Assembly: GCA_033764015.1 (NCBI GenBank)
Contig: JANRJK010000021.1
Location: forward strand, 1-64,000
Source of the DNA: Candidatus Sumerlaeia bacterium
GTDB taxonomy: Bacteria > Sumerlaeota > Sumerlaeia > SLMS01 > JANRJK01
Length of the DNA stretch: 64,000 nucleotides
Reading direction: 5' to 3'
Under the pieces are notes generated by a model. The model saw only the letters and a program-made list of their open reading frames with translations. It had not been told where the DNA came from and ran no database searches. Shown here piece after piece: positions 36,356 through 46,278 of this stretch; positions within the stretch are counted from its first letter, which is position 1, and each line of letters begins with the position of its first letter. Position numbers and translations under genes: made by a program.

Positions 36356-38401
36356 ATGTTGAAGCAGCCGCACCGCCCCGTGCTCGCCTTCTTCCTCGCG
36401 CTGTTCGCCGCGCTGGGGGTCGTGGTCGTGTTCCGGCTGCACGAGCTGCAGCTGCAGGACAAGGGCCACTACCAGGAGCGGGCGCAGTCCCAGCACGCGC
36501 GCCGCGTGGTGCTGCAGCCGGAGCGCGGCGACATCCTGGACCGCAACGGCGCGGCGCTGGCGCGCTCCGTGGGGCGCCTCAGCGTGTACGTCCACCCGGT
36601 GTACCTGCGCCCGCCGCACGCGGAGCTGGACCTGGACCGGCTGGCGACGCAGCTCTCCTTCTACACGGGGCTGACGCGCGGCGAGCTGCGCGAGCGCTTC
36701 GACCGCGACCGTCCGGTGCCGCTGGCGCGGGCGCTGCGCGAGGACGAGGCGCAGCGCATCATCGGCCTCCTCGAAATGTACGACCTGGACGGGCGGGCCT
36801 TCTGGTTCCACCGCGAGAGCCGGCGCGTGTACCCGCGTCCGCTGGCGGCGCAGGCGGTGGGCTTCTGCGCGCGCGGGGGCGACGGCGACAACACGGGCCT
36901 GGCGGGCGTCGAGATCGCCTTCGACAGCGTGCTCGCCGGGCGCCGCGTCGAGGGCCGCGTGGCGCGCACGGGGATCCGCCAGGCGCTCGAGCCGGTGCCG
37001 GAGCGCGACGTGCTGGCCTCGCGCGGCAACACGCTGGTGCTGACGATCGACGCGGGCATCCAGGAGGCGGCGGAGGGCGCGCTGGCGGAGGCGGTCGAGA
37101 AGTGGGCGGCGCGGGGAGCCTGCGCCGTGGCGGTGGACGTCGAGACCGGCGAGGTGCTGGCGCTCGCGAGCTACCCCACCTTCGACAACAACAGCTTCGA
37201 GACGGCGACGGCGGAGCAGCGCCGCAACCGCGCGATCACCGATCCGCTGGAGGCGGGCAGCGTCATCAAGCTGTTCACGGCGGCCATGCTGATCGACCAG
37301 GACCTGGTGACGCCGGCGACGCTGGTGGACTGCGAGGGCGGCCGCGCGGTGATCGACCGCCGGCGCATCACCGACGCGCCGGGGCACGACCCGCTGCACG
37401 TGGTGCCGTTCCGCGTGGCGCTCGCGTTCTCGTCGAACGTCGGCATCATCAAGCCGGCGCTGATGATGGAGAACGAGCCGTGGCACCGCTACCTCGCGAG
37501 CTTCGGCTTCGGGCGCGACTCGTCGCTCGAGCTCGGCGGCGAGAGCGGCGGCATCCTGCACCCGGTGGAGCGCTGGACCCGGCTGAGCCGCACGTCGCTG
37601 CCGATGGGCTATGAAATCTCGGTCACGCCGCTGCAGGTCGCGCTGGGCGTCGCGGCGCTGGTGAACGACGGGCGCCTGATGCGCCCGCGGATCGTGCGGG
37701 AGGTGCGCAGCGCCTCCGGCGAGGTGCTCGAGCGCTTCGAGCCCGAGGTGCTGCAGCGCCCGATCCGCCCCACCACGAGCGCCATCATGCGCGAGCTGAT
37801 GCAGGACGTCGTGATGGACGGCACCGGCAAGAAGGCGCGCATCCCCGGCTACCTGATCGGCGGCAAGACGGGCACGACGGTGAAGAGCCACATCCGGGAC
37901 CGCAAAGAGTACATCGCGGGGTTCGCCGGCGTGGTGCCGATCGACCGTCCGCGCGTGGCGATCTACGTGTGCGTGGACGCGCCGACGAAGGCGCGCTTCG
38001 GCGGCACGATCGCGGCCCCGGCGTTCGCGCGGATCGCGCGGGCGGCGATGATCCAGCTCGGCGTGCCCCCCTCGGAGGCGGCGCCGGCGGAGGACGCGGA
38101 CCTGCTCGAGGTGGAGCCGGAGTTCGACCTGCCCTCGCCGCTGTTCGCGCGCGCCGCGGAGGGCACCATGCCGGACCTGCGCGGGCTGACGGCCGCGGCG
38201 GCGCGCCGCGCGGTGCCCGCCGGACCGGCCTCGCTCAAGCTGGTCGGAACGGGAATCGTCACCGACCAGTCGCCCGCCCCGGGCGAGCCCGTGGACCCGT
38301 CCACCGACATCTTCCTCCACTTCGAGCCGCTCTCGACGAGCGCCGCGGTGGAGGCGCTCCGCCTCGCCAACGCCACCCTCGCCGCCCCCTCCGGAGAATA
38401 G
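36356..38401 (+). CDS. ftsI: Class B penicillin-binding protein FtsI/PBP3 with C-terminal PASTA-like domain
   Basis: RGDILDRNG, RVYP, GLAGVE, LTID, SxxK (GSVIK), SSN, GKTGT. Confidence 0.93.
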   Translation: MLKQPHRPVLAFFLALFAALGVVVVFRLHELQLQDKGHYQERAQSQHARRVVLQPERGDILDRNGAALARSVGRLSVYVHPVYLRPPHAELDLDRLATQLSFYTGLTRGELRERFDRDRPVPLARALREDEAQRIIGLLEMYDLDGRAFWFHRESRRVYPRPLAAQAVGFCARGGDGDNTGLAGVEIAFDSVLAGRRVEGRVARTGIRQALEPVPERDVLASRGNTLVLTIDAGIQEAAEGALAEAVEKWAARGACAVAVDVETGEVLALASYPTFDNNSFETATAEQRRNRAITDPLEAGSVIKLFTAAMLIDQDLVTPATLVDCEGGRAVIDRRRITDAPGHDPLHVVPFRVALAFSSNVGIIKPALMMENEPWHRYLASFGFGRDSSLELGGESGGILHPVERWTRLSRTSLPMGYEISVTPLQVALGVAALVNDGRLMRPRIVREVRSASGEVLERFEPEVLQRPIRPTTSAIMRELMQDVVMDGTGKKARIPGYLIGGKTGTTVKSHIRDRKEYIAGFAGVVPIDRPRVAIYVCVDAPTKARFGGTIAAPAFARIARAAMIQLGVPPSEAAPAEDADLLEVEPEFDLPSPLFARAAEGTMPDLRGLTAAAARRAVPAGPASLKLVGTGIVTDQSPAPGEPVDPSTDIFLHFEPLSTSAAVEALRLANATLAAPSGE

Positions 38402-38406
38402 ACCCA

Positions 38407-39987
38407 GTGCTGCGCACCGACCCGATCACCCTCGTGAAACTGCTGTCGGACGCCGGCGTCCGCGACGCGGAGCTGCGCGGCGCGCCGGGCGCGCTCCTCA
38501 CGGGGCTCGCGGACCACGCGGAGCGCGTGGAGCCGGGCGCCTGCTTCGTGGCGCAGCGCGGGGCGAACTCGGACTCGCACCACTTCGTGGGCCGGGCGGT
38601 GGAGCGCGGCGCGGCCGCGGTGATCGCGAGCGAGCCGGTGCCGGTGCCGGACGGCGTGGCGCTGGCGCTGGTGCGCGACTCGCGCCGGGCGCTCGGGCAC
38701 ATCGCGCAGGCGGCGGCGGGCAACCCGGCGAAGGCGCTCGCGGTGCTCGGCGTGACCGGCACGAACGGCAAGACGACGGTGGCCTGGCTGACGGAGTCGA
38801 TCCTCGCGGACGCGGGGATCTCGGCGGGCCGCATCGGCACGCTGGGCTACGCGTTCGCGGGCTCGGAGCACTCGCTGAACAACACGACGCCCGGACCGAT
38901 CGAGCTGGCGGACATCATGCGCCGCATGCGCGCGGCAGGCGTCACGCACCTCGCCATGGAAGTGTCGAGCCACGCGATCGACCAGGGGCGCGTGAACGGC
39001 GTGCCGTTCCTCGCCGGGGCGCTCACCAGCATCGGGCAGGACCACCTGGACTACCACGGCACCTTCGAGAACTACGTGGCGTGCAAGAAGCGCTTCTTCA
39101 CGGAGCACCTGGGGCCGTCGCGGGGGGTGTGGGTGCTGAACCTGGACGAGGCCGCGGGCGAGGAGCTGCGCGACGCCGCTGGCGGCGCGCCGGTCTCGAC
39201 CTACGCGCTCGGCACGCGGGCGTCGGCGACGATCCAGTCGGGCGACGTGCACACGACGGCGAGCTTCAGCGAGTTCATCCTGCGGATCCGCTGCGAGGTC
39301 GGGCGGGTGCGCGCGCCGCTGGTGGGCTCGTTCAACATTTCGAACATGATGGCGGCGGCGGGGCTTTGCGACGCGGCGGGGCTGGACGTGCGGAGCATCG
39401 CGCGCGGCCTCTGCGGCTGCCGCCCGGCGCCGGGCCGCTTCGAGCGCGTGGACGCGGGGCAGCCATTCACGGTGCTGGTGGACTACGCGCACACGCCGGA
39501 CGCGCTGGAGCGGACGCTGCGCGCGGCGCGGCGGCTGGCCTCCTCGCGGCTGCTCTGCGTGATGGGCGCGGGCGGCAACCGCGACGCCGGCAAGCGCCCG
39601 CTGATGGGCCGCGCCTGCGCGCAGCTCGCGGACTACACCGTCGTCACCAGCGACAACCCGCGCTTCGAGGACCCGGAGGCGATCATCGCGCAGATCCTGG
39701 CGGGGTTCCGCGAGGAGCGGACGCCGCGGTCGCGCTACACGGCGATCACGGACCGGCGGCTCGCGATCGAATCGGCGCTCCGCATGGCGGCGCCGGGCGA
39801 CTGCGTGCTGATCGCGGGCAAGGGGCACGAGGACTACCAGGAGGTCGCCGGCGTGCGGCACCCCTTCGACGACCGGGTGGCGGCGCGCGGGGCGCTCGCC
39901 GCGATGGCCGCCGACTGGGCGCAGGGGCGCTCCCCGGTCGAATCCGCCAGCATCGAAACCCACACGGAGGGCGCCACTTGGAACTGA
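38407..39987 (+). CDS. murE: UDP-MurNAc-tripeptide synthetase (meso-DAP type)
   Basis: GVTGTNGKTT, MEVSSH, DHLDYH, VDYAHTPD, DNPR (DAP-specificity motif), AGKGHE. Confidence 0.95.
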   Translation: MLRTDPITLVKLLSDAGVRDAELRGAPGALLTGLADHAERVEPGACFVAQRGANSDSHHFVGRAVERGAAAVIASEPVPVPDGVALALVRDSRRALGHIAQAAAGNPAKALAVLGVTGTNGKTTVAWLTESILADAGISAGRIGTLGYAFAGSEHSLNNTTPGPIELADIMRRMRAAGVTHLAMEVSSHAIDQGRVNGVPFLAGALTSIGQDHLDYHGTFENYVACKKRFFTEHLGPSRGVWVLNLDEAAGEELRDAAGGAPVSTYALGTRASATIQSGDVHTTASFSEFILRIRCEVGRVRAPLVGSFNISNMMAAAGLCDAAGLDVRSIARGLCGCRPAPGRFERVDAGQPFTVLVDYAHTPDALERTLRAARRLASSRLLCVMGAGGNRDAGKRPLMGRACAQLADYTVVTSDNPRFEDPEAIIAQILAGFREERTPRSRYTAITDRRLAIESALRMAAPGDCVLIAGKGHEDYQEVAGVRHPFDDRVAARGALAAMAADWAQGRSPVESASIETHTEGATWN

Positions 39988-41384
39988 CCGCGCAATTCAC
40001 TGCGGAGGCGTGCGGAGGCGGGCTCCGCGGCCCGGGGGACATCGTCTTCAAGGGCGTTTCAACCGACTCGCGGACGACGGCGCCGGGCGAGCTGTTCGTC
40101 GCGCTCGACGGCCCGCGCTTCCACGGCGAGGACTTCCTCCCCGCGGCGATGGCGCGGGGCGCCGCGGGCGCGCTGCTTGCCCGTCCCGTCGAGGGCCTGC
40201 CCGCGGACTTCCCGGTGGTCGTGGTCGAGGACACGCTCGAGGCGCTCGGCGCGCTGGCGAACGCGTGGCGGCGGGCGCTGAACCCGATCGTCGTCGCGGT
40301 GAGCGGTTCCGCCGGCAAGACGACGACGAAGGAGATGACCGCCGCGCTGATGAACGGCGCGGCGCCGGTGCTCGCCACGGAGGGGAACAAGAACAACCTG
40401 GTGGGACTGCCGCAGACGCTGCTGCGCCTGCGCCCGGAGCACCGCTTCGCCGTGGTGGAGCTGGGGATGAACCGCCCCGGCGAGCTGCTGCGCCTGACGG
40501 AGATCGCCGCGCCGGACGCGGTGGTCATGACGAACATCGGCAACGCGCACATCGGCAACTTCGGCTCGGAGGAGTGCCTGGTGCGCGCGGAGCTGGAGGT
40601 GCTGGACGCGCTGGACGGCCACGAGGTGGTGTTCTTCAACGCCGACTGCCCGGTGCTCTCGGCGCACCTGCGCCAGGCGGAGGCGCCCTTCCTGCTCACG
40701 CCGTTCGGCCGCGAGGCGATCTCGCAGGTCGGCATCGAGGACGTCTCGCCGATCGATCCGGTGGGCTACCGGATGGTGCTGCGCGTGGGCGAGGAGCGCC
40801 GCGCGCTGGAGCTGCCGCTGTTCGGCGAGTACCAGGTGTCAAACGTCTGGGCGGCGGCGTCGGTGGCGCACTACTACGGCGTCGGGATCGACCGGATCGC
40901 GTCGCGGCTGGGGAACTTCACGGCGCCGGCGCTGCGCAGCGACGCGGAGTGGATCGGCGGCGTGCTGGTGGTGAAGGACTGCTACAACGCCTCGCCGGAC
41001 CCGATGCTGCGCGCGATCGCGAGCTTCCGCAAGCTGCGCGGCGTGAAGCGGCGCTTCGCGCTGCTGGGCGACATGTACGAGCTGGGCGAGTTCACCGCGC
41101 GCTTCCACGAGGTCGTGGGGCGCGCCGCCGCGGAGGGCGGCCTCGACGGCCTCTTCGCGGTCGGCGAGCACACGGTGGACACGGTGCGCGAGGCGGCCCG
41201 CGGCGGCCTGCTGGCGGTGCACTGCGCGGATTCCACGGAGGCGGCGCGGCTCCTCGCCTCGGAGCTCCGCGAGGGCGACGCGCTGCTGGTGAAGGGCTCG
41301 CGGGCGAACCGCCTGGAGCAGGCTGTCGAGCGGCTGCGCGCGGGCCTGGCGGCGGCGGACATGCTGGAGGTGGACGCCACGTGA
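39978..41384 (+). CDS. murF: UDP-MurNAc-pentapeptide synthetase
   Basis: TTG start with SD GGAGG. STDSR, SGSAGKTTTKEM, ELGMNRPGE, DCYNASP, LGDMYELG, VKGSR. Confidence 0.95.
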   Translation: MELTAQFTAEACGGGLRGPGDIVFKGVSTDSRTTAPGELFVALDGPRFHGEDFLPAAMARGAAGALLARPVEGLPADFPVVVVEDTLEALGALANAWRRALNPIVVAVSGSAGKTTTKEMTAALMNGAAPVLATEGNKNNLVGLPQTLLRLRPEHRFAVVELGMNRPGELLRLTEIAAPDAVVMTNIGNAHIGNFGSEECLVRAELEVLDALDGHEVVFFNADCPVLSAHLRQAEAPFLLTPFGREAISQVGIEDVSPIDPVGYRMVLRVGEERRALELPLFGEYQVSNVWAAASVAHYYGVGIDRIASRLGNFTAPALRSDAEWIGGVLVVKDCYNASPDPMLRAIASFRKLRGVKRRFALLGDMYELGEFTARFHEVVGRAAAEGGLDGLFAVGEHTVDTVREAARGGLLAVHCADSTEAARLLASELREGDALLVKGSRANRLEQAVERLRAGLAAADMLEVDAT

Positions 41385-42517
41385 TCCTGTGGCTCCTCGA
41401 TCTCCTCGGCCTGTCGCAGTCGGCGGCGCTCGGCAACCTCGCGGGGTACATCACCGTGCGGGCGGCGGCGGCGCTGGTGCTGACGTTCGGGCTCTGCGTG
41501 CTGGCGGGTCCGCGCTTCATCGCGTGGCTGCGCGCGCGCAAGATGGGGCAGCACATCCGCCGCTCCGAGGGCGAGAACGCGGTGAGCCTGCACGAGATGC
41601 ACGCCGGGAAGGCGGGCACGCCGACCATGGGCGGGCTGCTGATGCTCGCGGCGCTCACGGTGTCGGTCGCGCTGGTCGGCGACTGGGACGAGCCGGTGCT
41701 GTGGCTGGCGTACTTCGCGGCGCTCTCCTTCGGGATCATCGGCTTCATCGACGACTACCGGAAGTTCACGGGCCGCAACAACAAGGGGATCAGCGAGCGC
41801 GAGAAGCTGGCGGCGCAGGCGGCCTTCGGGCTGATCTTCGCGGCCGGCTTCTACTACTTCTGCGGCGACATGGTGCGCTACCGCGTCACGGAGGTTTCGG
41901 GCGCGGACCTGCTGGTGCTGCCGTTCGTGAAGGAGTGGGCGTTCGCGCTGGGGATCGCGTACATCCCGTTCGCGGTGCTGGTGCTGGCGGCGACGAGCAA
42001 CGCGGTGAACCTGACGGACGGGCTGGACGGCCTGGCTGCCGGGGTGAGCACCGTCGCCGCGATGTGCTTCGCGCTGGTCGCGTACCTCGCGGGGCGCGCG
42101 GACATGTCGACGTACCTGTTCATCCCGCACGTGCAGGGCGCGGGCGAGGTGGCGGTGATCCTGGCGGCGCTCGTGGGCGCGTGCCTCGGGTTCCTGTGGT
42201 TCAACGCGCACCCCGCGCAGGTGTTCATGGGCGACACGGGCTCGATGATGGTCGGGGGCCTTCTGGGCGCTTCGGCGCTGCTGGTGAAGCACGAGCTGCT
42301 GCTGGTGCTGGTGGGCGGCATCTTCGTGCTCGAGGCGGGCTCCGTGATCCTGCAGGTGGGCAGCGTGAAGCTCACCGGCCGCCGGGTGCTGCGCATGTCG
42401 CCGCTGCACCACCACTTCGAGAAGCTCGGCGTTCCCGAATCCAAGATCATCGTCCGCTTCTGGGTCGTGTCGGCGCTGCTCGCGCTGGCGGGACTCTCGA
42501 CGCTCAAGCTCCGCTGA
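41381..42517 (+). CDS. mraY: Phospho-N-acetylmuramoyl-pentapeptide transferase
   Basis: KAGTPTMGG, DDY, NAVNLTDGLDGL, VFMGDTGS, PLHHHFE. Confidence 0.97.
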   Translation: MILWLLDLLGLSQSAALGNLAGYITVRAAAALVLTFGLCVLAGPRFIAWLRARKMGQHIRRSEGENAVSLHEMHAGKAGTPTMGGLLMLAALTVSVALVGDWDEPVLWLAYFAALSFGIIGFIDDYRKFTGRNNKGISEREKLAAQAAFGLIFAAGFYYFCGDMVRYRVTEVSGADLLVLPFVKEWAFALGIAYIPFAVLVLAATSNAVNLTDGLDGLAAGVSTVAAMCFALVAYLAGRADMSTYLFIPHVQGAGEVAVILAALVGACLGFLWFNAHPAQVFMGDTGSMMVGGLLGASALLVKHELLLVLVGGIFVLEAGSVILQVGSVKLTGRRVLRMSPLHHHFEKLGVPESKIIVRFWVVSALLALAGLSTLKLR

Positions 42518-42551
42518 CCGGCCCGCGAGGGCGCCACCGCCGATCCGTTCC

Positions 42552-42564
42552 TTGACTTAGTCAA
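42552..42564. promoter_or_regulatory. Perfect palindrome TTGACT-T-AGTCAA upstream of murD
   Basis: AT-rich 6-1-6 inverted repeat in the mraY-murD spacer. Confidence 0.45.
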
Positions 42565-42625
42565 CCCTCTCCCCCGCTCCACCCTCCATCCCACTCCCGC
42601 TCCCGTTCCGGAGGACCTCCCGCTG

Positions 42626-44008
42626 ATGCAGCCTTCCCTTTCGTTCCCCTTCCGCCGCGTGTGCGTGTTCGGCGCCGCGCGCTCCGGCGTCGCCGCCATG
42701 CACCTGCTGCGGCACCACAACATCGAGGTGACGCTCGTCGACGAGCGCCCCGCGAAGGAGTTCCGCTCGCTGATCCGGCGCATCCGCCGGCTGTACGTGA
42801 CGGCGCACTTCGGCGACCTGTCGCCGAAGATGCTCGCCGGCTGCGAGGCGATCGTGCTCTCGCCCGGCATCCGGCTCGACCACCCGTTCGTCGAGGCGGC
42901 GCTCGAGCGCGACCTCCCGGTGATCTCCGAGGTCGAGCTCGCGTCGTACTTCGCGCGCTCGCCGATCGTCGCCATCACCGGCACCAACGGCAAGACGACG
43001 ACCACGATCCTGACGGGCCAGATGGTGGCCGACTCGGGCGTGAACGCGGTGGTGTCCGGCAACATCGGGCGCGCGTTCTCGGACGGCGTGCTGTCGACGC
43101 TCGACGAGACCCGCGAGTCGGTGCTCGTCACCGAGGTGTCGAGCTTCCAGCTCGAGTCGATCGAGACGTTCCGCCCGCGGATCGCGGCGATCCTGAACAT
43201 CACGCGGGACCACATGGACCGCTACCCGTCGATGCGCGAGTACGTGGAGGCCAAGTTCCAGATCACGCGCAACCAGACGGCGGAGGACTCGCTGATCCTG
43301 AACCAGGACGACCCGCTGGTGATGAAGCTGGCGGAGGAGACGGAGGCGCAGGTCTTCACGTTCTCGATGTCGGGGAACAAGGTGAAGCAGGGCGCCTTCC
43401 TGGAGGGCGACCGGCTGTACCTGAAGGTGGGCGGCGAGATCACGCCGGTCTGCAACGTGTCGGAGATCCCGCTGCCGGGGCGGCACAACGTGGAGAACAC
43501 GCTGGCGTCGCTGCTGATGGCGACGCGCGCGGGGGTCTCGGTGGATTCGATCCGCGGGACGCTGCACAAGTTCAAGGGCGTGGAGCACCGCATCGAGTTC
43601 GTCGCCGCGACGAAGGAGAACGTGCGCTTCTACAACGACTCGAAGGCGACGAACGTCGATTCGCTGGAGAAGGCGCTGATGGCGTTCGACCGTCCGATCG
43701 TGCTGCTGGCCGGCGGGCGCGACAAGGCGTCGGCCTACGACCGGCTGAACCACCTGATCAAGGAGAAGGTCCGCGGGCTGGTGCTGATCGGCGAGGCGGC
43801 GCCGCTGATCGAGAAGCACTGGGGCGCGCTGGTGCCGACGCGGCGGGCGAAGGACATGGACGAGGCCGTGAAGTCGGCGGCGGGCCTGGCGCAGCCTGGG
43901 GACGTGGTGCTGCTGTCGCCGGCGTGCGCCAGCTTCGACATGTTCCGCGACTTCGAGGACCGCGGCGCCAGCTTCAAGCGCTCGGTCCGCAACCACCTGG
44001 GGCTGTGA
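42626..44008 (+). CDS. murD: UDP-MurNAc-L-Ala-D-Glu ligase
   Basis: SPGI, ITGTNGKTTT, EVSSFQL, DHMDRY, NDSKATN, LSPACASFDMF. Confidence 0.97.
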   Translation: MQPSLSFPFRRVCVFGAARSGVAAMHLLRHHNIEVTLVDERPAKEFRSLIRRIRRLYVTAHFGDLSPKMLAGCEAIVLSPGIRLDHPFVEAALERDLPVISEVELASYFARSPIVAITGTNGKTTTTILTGQMVADSGVNAVVSGNIGRAFSDGVLSTLDETRESVLVTEVSSFQLESIETFRPRIAAILNITRDHMDRYPSMREYVEAKFQITRNQTAEDSLILNQDDPLVMKLAEETEAQVFTFSMSGNKVKQGAFLEGDRLYLKVGGEITPVCNVSEIPLPGRHNVENTLASLLMATRAGVSVDSIRGTLHKFKGVEHRIEFVAATKENVRFYNDSKATNVDSLEKALMAFDRPIVLLAGGRDKASAYDRLNHLIKEKVRGLVLIGEAAPLIEKHWGALVPTRRAKDMDEAVKSAAGLAQPGDVVLLSPACASFDMFRDFEDRGASFKRSVRNHLGL

Positions 44009-44015
44009 CGCGCGC

Positions 44016-45206
44016 GTGAACGACTTCCTCGCCGGTTTCCGGAGCCCCGCGGGCCTGTTGATGCTCGTGGCGTCCACGCTGTTCGCGGTGGGCGTGGTCG
44101 CCGTCTTTTCGGCGAGCGGGGCCCGGGCCGGCCTGGAGGAAGGCGTCGCGCTGTCGGCGCAGGAGGCGCTCTCGGGCGACGGCCTCGCGCGGCACTACGC
44201 GGCGACGTACGCGGTGAAGCAGGCGGTCTGGGGTGCGCTGGGGATCGCCGCGATGGCGCTGCTGGCGTCGCTGCCGGCGGAGCTGTGGCGGCGCGCGGCG
44301 CCCTGGCTGCTCGGCTTCGCGGCGGTGCTGCTGGTGCTGGTGATCGTCGGTCCGCTCGGGGTCGAGTCGAAGGGCGCGCGCCGCTGGCTGCGGCTCGGGC
44401 CCGTGACGATCCAGCCGGCGGAGTTCGCGAAGATCGCGCTGGTGCTGTTCATGGCGCGGATGCTCGCGGAGAACCGGCTGAGGCACACGTCGTTCACCAA
44501 GGGCTTCCTGCCGCCGGCGGCGGTGCTCGGCGTTTTCGCCGCGCTGATCCTGCTCGAGAAGGACCTCGGCATGACGGCGCTGGTCTGCGGCGCGTGCTTC
44601 TCGATGTGGATCCTGGCGCGGCTGCACAGCCTTTACCTGGCGGCGGTCGCGGTTGCCGGGCTCGCGGGCGGGGTGCTGCTGGTGCTGACGCAGAGCTACC
44701 GGGTGAACCGCATCCTCGCGTTCCTCGATCCGGACAAGTACGCGCTGACGCACGCTTACCAGCTCAACCAGTCGCTGATCGCGGTGGGCTCGGGCGGGAT
44801 GTGGGGGCAGGGCCTCGGCATGAGCCTGCAGAAGTACCACTTCCTGAGCGAGGCGCACACGGACTTCATCTTCGCGATCGTGAGCGAGGAGCTGGGCTTC
44901 GTGGGGGCGTCGGCGGTGGTGCTGCTGTACCTCGCGTTCCTTTCGCTGGGCATCCGGACGGCGCTGCGGGCGCCGGACTACTTCAGCGCGCTGGCGGCGG
45001 GCGGCCTCACGCTGCTGGTCGGCATCGGCGCGTTCATCAATTTCTTCGTGGTGCTGGGCCTGGCGCCGACGAAGGGGCTCACGCTGCCCTTCCTCAGCTA
45101 CGGCGGCTCGTCGATCCTCGCGTCGTTCATCGTGGCGGGGCTGCTGGCGGGGATCGCGAACAGCTCGGCGGAGCCGGGCCTCGCGGCGGAGGGCTCCCAT
45201 GCCTGA
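44016..45206 (+). CDS. ftsW: SEDS peptidoglycan polymerase FtsW
   Basis: GARRW, QPAEFAK, AYQLNQS, EAHTDFIF, PTKGLTLPFLSYGGSS. Confidence 0.95.
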   Translation: MNDFLAGFRSPAGLLMLVASTLFAVGVVAVFSASGARAGLEEGVALSAQEALSGDGLARHYAATYAVKQAVWGALGIAAMALLASLPAELWRRAAPWLLGFAAVLLVLVIVGPLGVESKGARRWLRLGPVTIQPAEFAKIALVLFMARMLAENRLRHTSFTKGFLPPAAVLGVFAALILLEKDLGMTALVCGACFSMWILARLHSLYLAAVAVAGLAGGVLLVLTQSYRVNRILAFLDPDKYALTHAYQLNQSLIAVGSGGMWGQGLGMSLQKYHFLSEAHTDFIFAIVSEELGFVGASAVVLLYLAFLSLGIRTALRAPDYFSALAAGGLTLLVGIGAFINFFVVLGLAPTKGLTLPFLSYGGSSILASFIVAGLLAGIANSSAEPGLAAEGSHA

Positions 45207-46278
45207 GCGCCGCGCGCCCCGACTGCTGGTCGTCGCCGCGGGCACCGGCGGGCACATCGTGCCCGGCGTGGTGTTCGCCCGCGCGGCGCGCGCCTCGGGC
45301 GCGGAGGCCGCGCTGGCGGCGGGCGCGCGCCCCGTGGAGGAGCAAGTCTACGCCGCGCTCGGCGAGGAGCGCCTGCGGGTGCCGCTGCGCGTGGGCATCA
45401 ACGCGCGGGGCCGGCTCGCGCCGTGGAACGTCGCGCGCGACCTCGCCGCGGCGGCGCGGACGCTGCGCGCCTTCCGCCCGGACGCGGTGCTGTCGATGGG
45501 GGGCGCCTACGGCGTGCCGTTCCTGCTGGCGGCGAAGGCGATGGGCCTGCCCGTCTTCCTGCACGAATCGAACCGGCGCCCGGGGCGCGTGACGCGGATC
45601 TTCGCGCGGCTGGCGGAGCGCGCCTTCCTGGGCTTCCCGCCGGACGCGGCGGTGGCGAACGCGCTCGTCACGGGAACGCCGGCGCGCTCGGTCGAGCCCG
45701 CCGCCGTGCGCGACACGGTGTGCTTCCTGGGGGGCAGCCTCGGGGCGAAGCGCGTGGCGGACGCGGGCGCGGAGCTGGCCCGCGGCATCGTCGAGGCGCA
45801 TCCCGGACTGCGCGTCGTGGTGCTGGGCGCGTCGGCGCCGGAGGGCTCCGCGGCGGATCCGTCGATCGAGTTCCTGCCGTTCTGCGCGGACGTGCCGGCG
45901 CTGCTGGCGCGGAGCGTCCTGGCGGTGTCGCGCGCGGGTGCGAGCACGCTGGTCGAGCTGGCGGCCGCGGGCGCGCCGGCGGTGCTGGTGCCGTACCCGC
46001 GGGCGAAGGACGACCACCAGCGGGCGAACGCGCGCTTCGCGGCGGAGCGCGGCGCGGCCGTGATGGTTGACGAAGTCAACGATCCGCAGGAGTCGCTGGA
46101 GGACGCGGTCCGCGCGCTGCTCGCGGACCCGGCGCGGGCCGCCGCGATGGGCGCGGCGGCGCGGACGCTGAACGCGGCGGACCCCTGCGCGGCGATGCTC
46201 TCCACGATTTCGCAGTCGCTCGACGCGCGCCGGACCGGCGGCGCGGCCACCCTAGATCCCGCGGAGATCCGCCGATGA
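45199..46278 (+). CDS. murG: Lipid II GlcNAc transferase
   Basis: AGTGGH, HESN, GGSLGA, SRAGAST, DHQRANA. Confidence 0.92.
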   Translation: MPERRAPRLLVVAAGTGGHIVPGVVFARAARASGAEAALAAGARPVEEQVYAALGEERLRVPLRVGINARGRLAPWNVARDLAAAARTLRAFRPDAVLSMGGAYGVPFLLAAKAMGLPVFLHESNRRPGRVTRIFARLAERAFLGFPPDAAVANALVTGTPARSVEPAAVRDTVCFLGGSLGAKRVADAGAELARGIVEAHPGLRVVVLGASAPEGSAADPSIEFLPFCADVPALLARSVLAVSRAGASTLVELAAAGAPAVLVPYPRAKDDHQRANARFAAERGAAVMVDEVNDPQESLEDAVRALLADPARAAAMGAAARTLNAADPCAAMLSTISQSLDARRTGGAATLDPAEIRR

